From the NCBI GenBank assembly GCA_963734525.1, contig CAVTHI010000001.1, positions 25,637-89,636 of the forward strand: DNA of 64,000 nucleotides. Reading direction: 5' to 3'. Shown one piece after another: positions 1 to 9,657 of this stretch; the stretch's first letter is position 1; each line of letters opens with the position of its first letter. This DNA comes from an uncultured archaeon. Lineage in GTDB: Archaea; Micrarchaeota; Micrarchaeia; Anstonellales; Bilamarchaeaceae. Position numbers and translations under genes: made by a program. The notes below the pieces were generated by a model that was not told the origin of the DNA, did no database searches, and saw only the letters and a list, made by a program, of their open reading frames with translations.

Positions 1-69
1 GAACCGTATCAGGAGGAGAAGCACGAACAGCGCGGCGATGAGCGCACCGAGCTCGATGTAGATTGCCAT
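1..69 (-). CDS. N-terminal fragment of a small hydrophobic protein (gene continues beyond window start)
   Basis: rc ATG at 67-69; translation MAIYIELGALIAALFVLLLLIRF runs off the window edge; TM-like composition. Confidence 0.3.
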   Translation of the reverse strand, partial: MAIYIELGALIAALFVLLLLIRF

Positions 70-244
70 GATGGCATTAACGCCTGCAACCGTTTAATGC
101 CTTCCCATGCCGCGGAAACGCGGTGTGCCGGATTTTCTTTATAAAGAAGGCTTGGTTGGACATTTCCTCAAGTCGGGGACACTTCCCCGGTCCAAGAATC
201 TGGGGGCCCTTCCGGGCCTCATTATAATCAATCAAGGTGGTCGG

Positions 245-421
245 ATGGAAAGGATGGAAAGTTCGGTTGCGGAAAAAATCGAATCGCTGATGAGATACCG
301 TGAATCGCTCGACGAGAGCGAGAGGGAGTTGTTCGACGTCCTCATCCATTATGCGAACGAGGTCGCGCTGGCCGTCGGGCAGGGCATCTCCCCAGACCAA
401 TCATTCATGCTGAAGAGGTAA
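245..421 (+). CDS. small hypothetical protein (58 aa, MERMESSVAEKIESL...)
   Basis: ORF 107..421 frame; internal ATG at 245 preceded by TATA-like cattataatc about 20 nt upstream; helical acidic protein. Confidence 0.3.
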   Translation: MERMESSVAEKIESLMRYRESLDESERELFDVLIHYANEVALAVGQGISPDQSFMLKR

Positions 422-545
422 CAGCCTTCTTTATGGGAGCAACCGCCGGAGCGGGACGAGAGGCCTGCTCCGGCTGATATTTTTAGGGGCGTGGGAGGGC
501 TTTGCCCTTCCCGCCTCCCACTCTAGAACTTTTTTTATAATAAAA

Positions 546-839
546 TTACTGCTGGCCGAAAACGAACTGCAGGAGCACCGGATGCCTGGAGTCGATCACC
601 TTGTCCAGCTTTTCCTTCATCCCAGGCGCCTTCGCCTTCTCGTGGAGCAGCGTGAGGATGGCCTGCCGTGCCTTCAGCGCGCCGACGAGGTTGTCGTTCA
701 CCTGCTCGAACATCTTTGCCAGCTCCACGGCTTCGGGGCCGAGCGCCTTGACATCGATTTCCTCGGGGGCTCCGTGGTGGCCGTGGCATCCGCCGCAGCA
801 TTCATCCTCAGACTTGCCTTTCTTGCAGTGGCCTTCCAT
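546..839 (-). CDS. small Cys/His-rich putative metal-binding protein (N-terminal CCGGCHGHHG motif, helical C-terminus)
   Basis: 97-aa ORF; Cys/His cluster followed by a non-repetitive helical sequence; overlapping plus-strand ORFs look like shadows. Confidence 0.45.
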   Translation of the reverse strand: MEGHCKKGKSEDECCGGCHGHHGAPEEIDVKALGPEAVELAKMFEQVNDNLVGALKARQAILTLLHEKAKAPGMKEKLDKVIDSRHPVLLQFVFGQQ

Positions 840-1068
840 AAGAATCGGGCTGAATGGGTTGGAAACAATTTAAAAATAGCGAATCGGGCTTGAAGGGAGT
901 GCCGGGCTTGGTGGTGCGGACGCGTTCAGCGGCGGGATTTCGAAGGCGCTTGAGCTTCCGCACCTTGGACGCCTTCCCCTTCCTGCCGGGCAGGCGGCCG
1001 TGCTTGCGGACCTTTCTAGGCGCCTTGGCCGGCTTGCGCTTCGCTGCCTTTTTTCTTTTAACTGCCAT
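808..1068 (-). CDS. small highly basic (K/R-rich) protein, possible nucleic-acid-binding
   Basis: 86-aa ORF MAVKRKKAAKRKPAKAPRKVRK...; low complexity; 3' end overlaps 546..839 by ~30 nt in another frame. Confidence 0.3.
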   Translation of the reverse strand: MAVKRKKAAKRKPAKAPRKVRKHGRLPGRKGKASKVRKLKRLRNPAAERVRTTKPGTPFKPDSLFLNCFQPIQPDSYGRPLQERQV

Positions 1069-1491
1069 TCCGTATCACCAAAAACTGATGCCTTCGATAT
1101 CTGGACTCGGTGAGGAAGTTCCTCAAGCGCTATAGGATTACAATCTTAACCCATCCACGCACTTTAGAGGTTATCTTCATCGCGCCAAAGCGAGCTTAAC
1201 AAGCACGGGTTTCGTGCAGTGAGTTATAGTCCAGTCACCGCATTTATGGCCAATTGCTTGACAGAGGCTGCAAAGGACGCATCCTTTCCAGGACAACCGA
1301 AATGCCCGAACAAAGGCATCAGGTTATAGTCGTTGTAGCGAAAAAAGCTTAACGCTTTCTACAAAAAATTTATAATTTTTTCCTTTTTATGTTAGAAAAA
1401 GTCTATTTTTACGTAATATTGACATCTTATTAACTGGATATATGTGAAATATCTGTTTTTATACCTTCCTGCGGTCCCACGGGCCGGCTCA

Positions 1492-2703
1492 TCAGGAGAG
1501 GAGATTCGGGGCGAAAAGGAGCATCATGCCCAGGAGCAGCATCACGGCCCCGCCGATGATTTTGCAGTACCTTGCGTATTTCTCCCCGGTGTTGCTCATG
1601 ATGAGGAGGGCGGACCCGAAAACGAGCAAATCATCCAGCATGAAGAAGAAGTCGTATAGCGCGATATAGGCGTAATGCTCCAGCGGGGAAAGGCCGCTCA
1701 ATGCCAGGACCTGCGTGAACACGGCCGGGATGGCGGACGAGCAGACGAACTCGATTGAGTTTATCGTGAATGCCAGGAAAACGATGCCCGCGAAAGTCAT
1801 CCAGCTCAGGGGGGCCGCGACGAGCTCCTTCATCCGGGCCGAGAGCTTCTTCTTGTCATCGACGCCGGTCACCTTGCAGACCATGGCGCCCTTCGTCTCG
1901 AGGTATTCCCGTATGGACAGGATTCCGCCACCTAGCGCGATGAGCCCGATGATTATCGTGACGGCGCGCACGTAGCCCAGGAAGAGGAATGCGTTCAGCC
2001 ATGCGGTCATGAACAGGAAGTAAAGCACCCCCGAGGAGAACACGAACGTGCCGACAATCAGCGCGAGCCTGCGCTTGTCGTTCAGGTTCATGAGGAGGCT
2101 GATGAGGTAGACCAGGACCCACATCGCGCACGGGTTGAAGCCGTCGACGAGGCCGAGGACCACGGCAAGGAGAGGGAGGGACATCTTCGTGACATCCGTC
2201 CTTCCGAGGAAGGGGAGGTCCATCCCCTTGGTCAGGAAATCCGACGTCGTCGATGAAACGGGCGCCCCGCCGCACCCGTCTTCCAGGCATTTTCCGACCG
2301 CGTCGCGTATCTGCGCGCCGGTCGTGTTTTCGGACTGGAAGCCGACGAATATCCTGTTCCCGAATATTGTCGTGGGCGTGCCCAGGCTTTCAGGCCCCAT
2401 GCTGAAGTTCTGCGCCATGATGAGCAGGAGCCGCGATTCGGAGGGCACGGTGATGTCGTGCCTGACGATGACGATGTCCGGAAAATCGGATTGCAGCTTC
2501 CCGTTGAACGGCTCCTGGGCCGCGCAGTGCGGGCAGGTGGGGGAATAGAAGAAATGGACTATCATCTTTCCGGAATAATCCGCCTGCCGGGGGGCGGTGT
2601 AATCCAATGCGAGGAGCGCTACGCCGATGATGAGCAGGATGATGGCGAGGTTCCGGTTGAACGGAGCGGCTAGGAAACCCGAGACCTCGTCCGTGATTTT
2701 CAT
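1492..2703 (-). CDS. thioredoxin-domain fused to CcdA/DsbD-family thiol:disulfide interchange membrane protein
   Basis: N-terminal TM, CPHC thioredoxin motif, then multi-TM domain with conserved Cys (DGFNPCAMW, EFVCSS) as in CcdA/DsbD. Confidence 0.65.
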   Translation of the reverse strand: MKITDEVSGFLAAPFNRNLAIILLIIGVALLALDYTAPRQADYSGKMIVHFFYSPTCPHCAAQEPFNGKLQSDFPDIVIVRHDITVPSESRLLLIMAQNFSMGPESLGTPTTIFGNRIFVGFQSENTTGAQIRDAVGKCLEDGCGGAPVSSTTSDFLTKGMDLPFLGRTDVTKMSLPLLAVVLGLVDGFNPCAMWVLVYLISLLMNLNDKRRLALIVGTFVFSSGVLYFLFMTAWLNAFLFLGYVRAVTIIIGLIALGGGILSIREYLETKGAMVCKVTGVDDKKKLSARMKELVAAPLSWMTFAGIVFLAFTINSIEFVCSSAIPAVFTQVLALSGLSPLEHYAYIALYDFFFMLDDLLVFGSALLIMSNTGEKYARYCKIIGGAVMLLLGMMLLFAPNLLS

Positions 2704-3434
2704 ATAATCAGCCTTTTCCTTCCGGCCGATTCGTTAATGGCGCTCATGTTCTTAAGGGTATATTCGTCCAGGAGGCGCTCGTCTTTCCGCCCAAGCTTCT
2801 CGATTATCATCCCCCAGTGGACCGAAACGGCATCCCCATTCTTCAATCCGGAAACGAAGCGCATCCCGCCCCGCTCGAGCGATGCCTTCGATAATTTTTC
2901 CCGCATGGCGAACCCGCCGTCATAGGCAATCGAACGCCGGAGGAGCGTCGCCTTGCCCCCGTCCGCAGAAATGACCTTCCCGGAGGTAATGCAGCATGAA
3001 TCGAAGTTGCGCACAGAGCGCGGGACCGCGTTGCTGACGAAATTGACGTAAAGGACGTTGAAGCTGTGGTGGGGGAGGATTCCTTCGGGCAGATTGTCGC
3101 ACAGCCGCCTCGCCCTCGCGGGCTGTTTTCCCTTGAGGAGGTCTTTTTCGATGAACGAGCGCAATGCGCTTGCCCGCACGGATTCGAGAAGGCGGTTTCC
3201 GGTCCAGAACGCCCTGACCACATCGGTGTCGAACGGATCGAGGCCGTTTTCGCGGGCGATGAGGGAGAGATACGCGTAATGGGCGGAGAAGCCCGCCAGT
3301 TCAGCCCGGATTGCGCCTGGCCCGGTTTTCCCGGACTGGAATTTCCGGAGGGCTTGGCAGAAGCCCCGCGTGCCGCAGTATCCGCGCCTGTTAGGCGGGT
3401 ACGCGTAATAGGATGCGAGTTCGGCCCCTTCCAT
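2700..3434 (-). CDS. conserved hypothetical protein (start moved to internal Met MEGAEL...)
   Basis: 270-aa ORF; first 26 codons overlap the EamA transporter gene, so the internal ATG at ~3434 is preferred; no recognised domain. Confidence 0.45.
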   Translation of the reverse strand: MEGAELASYYAYPPNRRGYCGTRGFCQALRKFQSGKTGPGAIRAELAGFSAHYAYLSLIARENGLDPFDTDVVRAFWTGNRLLESVRASALRSFIEKDLLKGKQPARARRLCDNLPEGILPHHSFNVLYVNFVSNAVPRSVRNFDSCCITSGKVISADGGKATLLRRSIAYDGGFAMREKLSKASLERGGMRFVSGLKNGDAVSVHWGMIIEKLGRKDERLLDEYTLKNMSAINESAGRKRLII

Positions 3435-3438
3435 GCAA

Positions 3439-4353
3439 TCAGGACCCGATTTCCTGCAGGCCCGCCGCCCGGGGGCGGGATAATACGGCCATGTAGGCGA
3501 CTGACGCGGCACCGGCGAGAATCAGGAAAATGCCCGCCGCCCCTATGACCGTGACGGTTTTCCCAAGGAAAGCCGCTTCGAACGCGGACGTGACGATGCC
3601 GCCGAGGGTGAATATGCATGCCGCCTTGAAGAGGGGCACGTACCTGAGGGATGTGTACCACGCCATCATGAACGCGCCGAGGGCTGCCGACGTCAAAACC
3701 AGCCATGCAAGGGCTTCCGCGCTGATTTGCGCAAGCGACCCGATTGAGCCGCTCGCCCACATGAATGCGACCAGGATGGAAGAGCCCATGAGCATCCGCG
3801 CCGCCATGAGGGTCCTCGGATGGATGTCTGCAAGCGCTTTGCGGGAGAGCGCGTATTCAAGGGCCCACAGGACGGTCGCCCCGAGGACGAGCAACTGCCC
3901 GGCGCCGAATTGCATGTCGCCGGAAACCAGGAGCGCGTTGCCAATCAGGATTGCGAATCCTGCGGCCATGTCCTTCGGGGAGGGCGTCTCCTTCAGGACG
4001 AGATAGCCGAAGACGCCGGCGAACACGAACAGCGAGCGGTAGATGAACGAGCTGACCGCCGCGCCGCCGAGCTTGAGGCCCCAGAAGAACATGGCGAATG
4101 GGATGCTCCCGCCCACCACGCCTATGACCGCAAGCGCGGCCAGCTGCCTGCGCGAGAGGCTCCGGATGCGTGCTGCCTCCCCGAGGGCGAGTATTGCCGC
4201 GGCGACCAGGATGAACGCGCCCGCGTTCTTGAGGACCGTGTAGGCGACGGGGTCGGCGAGCTTCACGGCGACGCCGTTCATGAACACCGAGAAGCCGCTG
4301 ATGAGGGCGGCGAGCAGGGCCAGTGCGATGCCTTTGCGCATATTGTCTTCCAT
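3439..4353 (-). CDS. EamA-like (DMT superfamily) transporter, ~10 TM
   Basis: C-terminal 304 aa of the 504-aa ORF; hydrophobic repeat pattern of two EamA halves; upstream part of the ORF is antisense shadow of the hydrogenase small-subunit gene. Confidence 0.65.
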   Translation of the reverse strand: MEDNMRKGIALALLAALISGFSVFMNGVAVKLADPVAYTVLKNAGAFILVAAAILALGEAARIRSLSRRQLAALAVIGVVGGSIPFAMFFWGLKLGGAAVSSFIYRSLFVFAGVFGYLVLKETPSPKDMAAGFAILIGNALLVSGDMQFGAGQLLVLGATVLWALEYALSRKALADIHPRTLMAARMLMGSSILVAFMWASGSIGSLAQISAEALAWLVLTSAALGAFMMAWYTSLRYVPLFKAACIFTLGGIVTSAFEAAFLGKTVTVIGAAGIFLILAGAASVAYMAVLSRPRAAGLQEIGS

Positions 4354-4407
4354 GTTTGTGGGATTGGACGGGAAAATATTAAAGGATGCGGCAGGTAATG
4401 TTGGGTC

Positions 4408-4941
4408 ATGGGAAAGAAGCTCCGCATCGGCTGGTTCACCTTCACGTGCTGCGAGGACAGCTCGATAATATTCGTCGAGATGATGAACAAGCGCTTTTTC
4501 GAGTGGAAGAAGATTCTCGATTTCAGGCACTGCAAGATGATAAAGTCGAAAAACGTCCTGGACAGCCTCGACGTGGCGTTCGTGGAGGGCGCGATATCGA
4601 ACGACCGCGACAAGGCCAAGCTCCTGGAAATCCGGGGGAAGGCGAAATACCTGGTCGCAATCGGCTCGTGCGCATGCACCGGCGGCCCTTCCGCCCAGAG
4701 GAACACGTTCCCGGAGCATCTCAAGGTGAAAATCGAGCCGTTCCTGCGGAAATGGGACCTTTACAGGGATGTCCTGCCCCTGGACAAAATTGTGGCCGTG
4801 GATGACCGTGTCGACGGCTGCCCCATGGTGGAGCAGAAGTTCCTCGAGGTCCTCGGCAAGTACCTTGCCGAATTCGGGGTGATTAAGGAGAATGCCGGCC
4901 TGCCCGGGGCCAAGGGGGGAAAGGCCATAGCCAAAGGATAG
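4408..4941 (+). CDS. [NiFe]-hydrogenase small subunit, short HoxY/HydD-like form (proximal cluster only)
   Basis: KLRIGWFTFT..., GSCACTGG and DGCP motifs of NuoB-like hydrogenase small subunits; 177 aa, no C-terminal distal Fe-S cysteines; N-terminal motif reads TCC rather than canonical CxxC. Confidence 0.7.
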   Translation: MGKKLRIGWFTFTCCEDSSIIFVEMMNKRFFEWKKILDFRHCKMIKSKNVLDSLDVAFVEGAISNDRDKAKLLEIRGKAKYLVAIGSCACTGGPSAQRNTFPEHLKVKIEPFLRKWDLYRDVLPLDKIVAVDDRVDGCPMVEQKFLEVLGKYLAEFGVIKENAGLPGAKGGKAIAKG

Positions 4942-4952
4942 GGGGAAACACA

Positions 4953-6304
4953 ATGCACACGCAAAGCTTCGACATTACGATAAAGAACCTGAGCAAAATC
5001 GAGGGGCACACAGACCTGGACGTGGCCGTCAAGGACGGGAAGGTCGTCAGCGCGAAGCTGAGGATTGACGAGAACAAGAGGTTCTTCACGACCGGGGCCA
5101 TAGGAAAGCCGGCCCTCGGCATCCACCAGGTCGTGTCGAGGATATGCGGGACCTGCTCGATAGCCCACCTGCTCGCCTGCATCAACTGCGTCGAGGACGC
5201 GTTTTCCGTGGAGCCCTCGGAGCAGACGGTCAAGCTGAGGGACCTGCTCCTGTACGGGCTGAACATCAGGGACCATGCGCATGCACCTGTACCTGTTCTG
5301 CCTGCCGGACATCTTCGGGAAGGATTCGGTGCTCGATTTCGCGGACGAGGGATACGAGCACGACCTCGTGCACAAGGCGTTCGACGTGAAAAGCGCCGGG
5401 AACGACCTGTGCGTGCTGTCCGGGGGGAGGGCGGTCCATTCGCCGTTCCCGCAGGTAGGGGGCTTCATGAAGATTCCGAAGAAGGAGGACGCGAAAAAAA
5501 TCGCGGACGAGCTTCGGAGTATACGCAGCTCGGCAATCGAGTTCGTCGACATCTTCAAGAAGAGGGACTTCCGGTTCATTTCCGAGACGATGTACATCGC
5601 GCTCCGCAACGACAGGTTCAGCTACCAGGACGGGGACCTGATGACGTCCGACGGCGCGCGCGTCGCGCACGGCAATTTCCGGGACCACCTCCAGAAGTTC
5701 GTCGTGCCGTACTCGCAGGCGCCGGGATTCGAATTCAAGGGGAGGCCGTATGTCGTCGGCGCCCTGGCCAGGATGAACATGAACCGGGACACGCTCCACC
5801 GGGATACGCGCAGGGACCTTTCGTCCGCGCTTTCCGTGTTCCCCTCGGACAACATCTTCAACAATAACCTGGCCCAGGCCATCGAGATAGTCCACTGCAT
5901 CGATTCGTCCATCGAGCTCCTCGAGACCATGGAGTTCCGGAACGAGCCTAAAGTCGCGATAAAGCCCAAAAAATCCGAAGGAATCGGCGTGCTGGAGGCT
6001 CCGCGCGGGACGCTTGTACTATCATCTGCACATCGACGACGCCGGGAAGATAGAGTTCGCGGACCTCGTGATTCCGACGTCGCAGAACCAGATAAAGATG
6101 GACAAGGACATCGGGGCGCTCGTCCAGGACAGGATAGAGAAGGGCGTCCCCCGGGAGCAGATGCCCCTGGAAATCGAGAAGCTCATCCGCGCCTACGACC
6201 CCTGCATGAGCTGCGCGACGCACTTCCTGAAAGTAAACTGGAAAGGAGGCGCGAAACCGCGGAGAGCGCCTTCCCGGGCGGCATCGAAGACGGAACGGCG
6301 ATGA
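4953..6304 (+). CDS. [NiFe]-hydrogenase large subunit (group 3-like), interrupted by two apparent +1 frameshifts (~5276 and ~6014)
   Basis: N-terminal RICGTCSIAH and C-terminal DPCMSCATH nickel-binding motifs in three consecutive frames (ORFs 4953.., 5275.., 6014..); junctions restore to ...IRDHAMHLYLF... and ...EAPRGTLYYHLHIDD... by deleting one inserted base each. Confidence 0.75.
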
Positions 6305-6653
6305 TGCGGACCGAATCCAACGCGCCCATCTTCAGCAGGAGCTTGAGCGTCATCGCGAGGTCGAAATCGTGCATCGAGTATGCCTTGCCGCCGGAAAGCG
6401 AATCGATGCCCTCGAGGAGCACGACCTTGTCAAGGCCGACAGCCGAATCCAGGATGATGAGGTCGCGGCCTTCCTTCTCGAGGTTCTCGGCGGCGTCGAA
6501 TTCCTTGAATGAGACGAACGGGAACTTTTTCTGCAGCAGGGGCATCAGGCGCAGGGCTATGGAATCGGCATCCACGAGCGGGTTGCCGAAAACGAGGATT
6601 TTTTGGCGCGAACCGGCCCTTTTCGCATTTCCCCTTATGGTGTTCAGCCCCAT
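6183..6653 (-). CDS. hydrogenase maturation protease (HycI/HoxW family)
   Basis: KILVFGNPLVDADSIALRL..., LIILDSAVGL and HDFDLAMTL motifs typical of the endopeptidase family; adjacent to hydrogenase large subunit. Confidence 0.7.
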   Translation of the reverse strand: MGLNTIRGNAKRAGSRQKILVFGNPLVDADSIALRLMPLLQKKFPFVSFKEFDAAENLEKEGRDLIILDSAVGLDKVVLLEGIDSLSGGKAYSMHDFDLAMTLKLLLKMGALDSVRIIAVPSSMPPGKALSAVSRLLSSLLSGSASRSSCRGRRRG

Positions 6654-7348
6654 CCTTCCATCCGGAGTTTTTTAGGGTCCACGGAAAGCGCGACGAGGCA
6701 TTCGCGGACTGCCTTCACCATCCCCGGAGGCCCGCATACGAACCAGTCGAAATCTTTCGCGGTCTGGACGTGGCGGACAAGCATCTCGTGGTTCACCCGC
6801 CCGCATTCGCCCGCCCAGCCATCCGGCTTTTCGCGCGTGAGCGTGATTACGACTTTTATGCCAGGGTGTTTTTTCTGGAGCTCCGCAAGCTCGTCCGCGA
6901 ATAGCACGTGGTCGCGCGTCCTCGTGCTGTAGAATAGCACGAACCGGCCGGGCACGTTTTTTTCGGATATCTGCCGGAGCATGCTCATTATCGGCGAGAT
7001 GCCCGTCCCCCCTGCGATGAAGGCGGCCTTCTGCTCGTTCTTGTATGCCATGTGGCCTGCAGGGCCTTCGACGCCAAGGATGTCGCCTGATTTGAGCTTG
7101 GCGAGCTGGCTCGTCATCTGCCCTCCGACCATGTCTATGGCGAATTCGAGGTAATCCATCGAAGGGACCGAAGCGACGGAGTAAGGCCGCCGGAGGACGC
7201 TTGCGCCGCCATCATCCAGCCTGTGAAGGAAGAAGAACTGGCCCGGGACATACGGGGGAATCCGGCCTGAAACCGGCTGAAGGCGGAAAATCCTGACATC
7301 CGGCGCCGGGGAGCCGACCTTGATGACCTTATATCGTTCTATCGCCAA
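6644..7348 (-). CDS. FAD/NAD(P)-binding oxidoreductase, ferredoxin-NADP reductase-like (no Fe-S cysteine cluster)
   Basis: RPYSVAS FAD motif, GGTGISP NAD(P) motif, CGPPGM; 234 aa; resembles HydG/PyrK flavoprotein module without C-terminal 2Fe-2S cysteines. Confidence 0.65.
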   Translation of the reverse strand: MAIERYKVIKVGSPAPDVRIFRLQPVSGRIPPYVPGQFFFLHRLDDGGASVLRRPYSVASVPSMDYLEFAIDMVGGQMTSQLAKLKSGDILGVEGPAGHMAYKNEQKAAFIAGGTGISPIMSMLRQISEKNVPGRFVLFYSTRTRDHVLFADELAELQKKHPGIKVVITLTREKPDGWAGECGRVNHEMLVRHVQTAKDFDWFVCGPPGMVKAVRECLVALSVDPKKLRMEGWG

Positions 7349-7504
7349 ATAAACACCGGAAAAGAGCTGTCAATGCGCTGCTTACGCCTTGATATTAAGC
7401 TAAATATTTAAAGATGCACAGCAGAAAGACGTTGAACCGGGCCCGGCAGGGATGCGGGCCCCCAACAGGCGGGGAATAGCCCGAAGGGAGAAGGGAGAAT
7501 CTGA

Positions 7505-8452
7505 ATGGTCCTTTGCATAATCGCATTTTTCGTCTTCGCAGTGATGTCCGTGTTCTCGGCGAAATACAGGCCCCTGGCACGCGAGGGGCTGAGGTGCGTG
7601 TTCAGGACGGTCACATTCAAGCCGTGCGATACCGGGCTGGACGACCGCATCAAGGCCGAGATGGTCAGCGGGCTGCTGAAATTCTCGCCGGGCGGGGCGA
7701 AGCTCCTGAATAGGCATTTCACGCTGTTCTCGTGGATATTCGTCCTGCTGAGCGCCGGCAGCCTGATTTACAGCCTGTACGGCATATACAACTTCTATTA
7801 CTTCGGCAACTGCGACGGGCCGGCCAGCGTGAACGCCTGCGTCCTCAACCAGATTACCGGGGATTACGGGCGGTTCAGCGAGCCCAAGGACCTGGTGGCC
7901 CCCACGGCCCTGGACGGAATAACCGCCGGGATGGAGGGCGCGGACACCGTCATTGTGGAATTCGGATGCTTCACCTGCCCGTACACCGCGAAGGCCGAAC
8001 CCGCAGTCCAGCAGATACTGCGCAAGTACGACGATTCCGTTTATTACGTGTTCAAACCGTACCCGCTCCCGAACCACAACAACAGCTATGATGCCGCGCG
8101 CGCCGTGCTCTGCGCGAACAGGCAGGGCAAGCAATGGGAGCTGCGCGAGGAGATTTTCCGCCAGCAGGAGGTCTGCTCCACAGACGGCTCGATAGCCATC
8201 CGCCAGCTCGCGCAGGATTCGGGGCTTGACATGGCCGCGTTCGACTCGTGCTTCGACAACAACGAGACCGGGGCCGAGCTCGATAGGTACGTCCGGGAGG
8301 GCCAGGATGCGCGCATATACGCGACCCCGACGTTCTTCATAAACGGCAAGGCAATCGTAGGCCCGAAAACGCTCGAGCAGTTCGAATGCGCCATGAAGAA
8401 GGAGAAGGGCGTCTTCGAGGAGCTGGACTGCTGGCTGAAGGGGATGGGCTGA
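7505..8452 (+). CDS. membrane-anchored DsbA-like thiol:disulfide oxidoreductase
   Basis: N-terminal TM helices, thioredoxin-fold CFTCPYT (CxxC) after a beta-strand, ATPTFFINGK DsbA signature. Confidence 0.65.
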   Translation: MVLCIIAFFVFAVMSVFSAKYRPLAREGLRCVFRTVTFKPCDTGLDDRIKAEMVSGLLKFSPGGAKLLNRHFTLFSWIFVLLSAGSLIYSLYGIYNFYYFGNCDGPASVNACVLNQITGDYGRFSEPKDLVAPTALDGITAGMEGADTVIVEFGCFTCPYTAKAEPAVQQILRKYDDSVYYVFKPYPLPNHNNSYDAARAVLCANRQGKQWELREEIFRQQEVCSTDGSIAIRQLAQDSGLDMAAFDSCFDNNETGAELDRYVREGQDARIYATPTFFINGKAIVGPKTLEQFECAMKKEKGVFEELDCWLKGMG

Positions 8453-9639
8453 TGAAGGACGTGAGGAAGGATTTCCCGATACTTGCGAGGCACCCGCAGC
8501 TGACGTATCTCGACAGCGCGTGCACGTCGCTGAAGCCGCGCGAAGTGATTGATGCCGAATCCTCTTATTACGCCGAACTCGGCGCTTGCGCGGGGAGGAG
8601 CTCGCACAGGCTCGGCCGCGAGGCCAGCAGCGCGGTCGAAGGCGCGAGGGAGAAAATCGCGGCGTTCGTGGGCGCGAAGGCCGAGGAGGCCGTGTGGACG
8701 AGGAACGCGACCGAAGCGCTCAATATCGTCGCATACGGGCTCGATTACTCGAAAAGGAGGAAGGTCGTGACGAGCGCGCTCGAGCACCATGCGGTGCTCC
8801 TTCCATGGATGGACCTGCAGGAGCAGGGGAAAATCAGGCTGGAGATAGTCGGGTGCGACGAAAGCGGGCATGTCGGCGAGGAAAGGTGGGCAAATGCCAT
8901 AGACAGGGACACGGCGCTGGTCGTCACGAACAACGGGAACAACACCAGCGGCGTCAGCCAGTGCACGAAAAACCTCGCGAAGCTCGCCCACGACAACGGG
9001 GCGCTCCTGTGCATAGACGGGGCGCAGGGCATCCCGCACCGCAGGGTCGATTTCAGGAAGGAGAATTTCGATTTCCTGTGCTTTTCTGCCCACAAGATGC
9101 TCGGCCCGACCGGAATCGGGGCGCTCGTGATGAAAAAGGAGCACATGGCGAAGCTCCAGCCGCTCGTCCGGGGAGGGGGGACCGTGAAGACCGTGACCCT
9201 CGCCAAGGTCGAGCCGGTCAATGATTACACGAGATTCGAGGCTGGCGTCCAGCACTACAGCGGGATGCTGGGCTTTTCCGCGGCATGCGACTACCTGAGG
9301 GCCTACGGGATGGAAAACGTGGAGGCGCATGAGAAGGCGCTCGCATCGGCCATGCGCTCGGAGCTTGAAAACGCAGGCGTCCAGATTCATGGCCCGTTGG
9401 ATGAGCAAAGGAGCGCACTCTATTCGTTTAACATCAGGGGCGCCAAGGCGCACGACGTCGCGCTTATGCTGGACAAGGACGGCATCGCGGTCCGGAGCGG
9501 GTTCTTCTGCGCCCAGCCAGCCATGGAGGCCATGGGCGCAAAAGGCGGCGCGGTGAGGGCGAGCTGCTACATATACAATACTCCAGAGGACGTGAAAAGG
9601 CTCGGCGATGCCCTGAAAAAAATCGCGGCGCTCTACTGA
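8452..9639 (+). CDS. cysteine desulfurase / class V aminotransferase (SufS/CsdA-like)
   Basis: LTYLDSACTSLKP..., SAHKMLGPTGIG (PLP-Lys), C-terminal catalytic Cys; start ATG overlaps upstream stop (TGATG). Confidence 0.8.
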   Translation: MKDVRKDFPILARHPQLTYLDSACTSLKPREVIDAESSYYAELGACAGRSSHRLGREASSAVEGAREKIAAFVGAKAEEAVWTRNATEALNIVAYGLDYSKRRKVVTSALEHHAVLLPWMDLQEQGKIRLEIVGCDESGHVGEERWANAIDRDTALVVTNNGNNTSGVSQCTKNLAKLAHDNGALLCIDGAQGIPHRRVDFRKENFDFLCFSAHKMLGPTGIGALVMKKEHMAKLQPLVRGGGTVKTVTLAKVEPVNDYTRFEAGVQHYSGMLGFSAACDYLRAYGMENVEAHEKALASAMRSELENAGVQIHGPLDEQRSALYSFNIRGAKAHDVALMLDKDGIAVRSGFFCAQPAMEAMGAKGGAVRASCYIYNTPEDVKRLGDALKKIAALY

Positions 9640-9657
9640 ATGCGCATCCTGAAAAAA

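Noticed and set aside
2700-3512. Using the first ATG (3512) of ORF 2700..3512 as start
   Set aside because: Would overlap the EamA transporter coding region by ~75 nt; internal ATG at ~3434 gives the usual 4-nt stop/start overlap
4953-6304. Calling the hydrogenase large subunit a genuine pseudogene
   Set aside because: Identical single-base insertion events recur in at least six other conserved genes in this window, so error is the more economical explanation; kept as CDS with caveat
7505-7900. VKOR-like interpretation of the N-terminal membrane domain of the DsbA-like protein (Cys pair spaced by 8 as in VKOR loop)
   Set aside because: The only CxxC lies in the thioredoxin-fold part, not in a TM helix; no TM CxxC as required for VKOR
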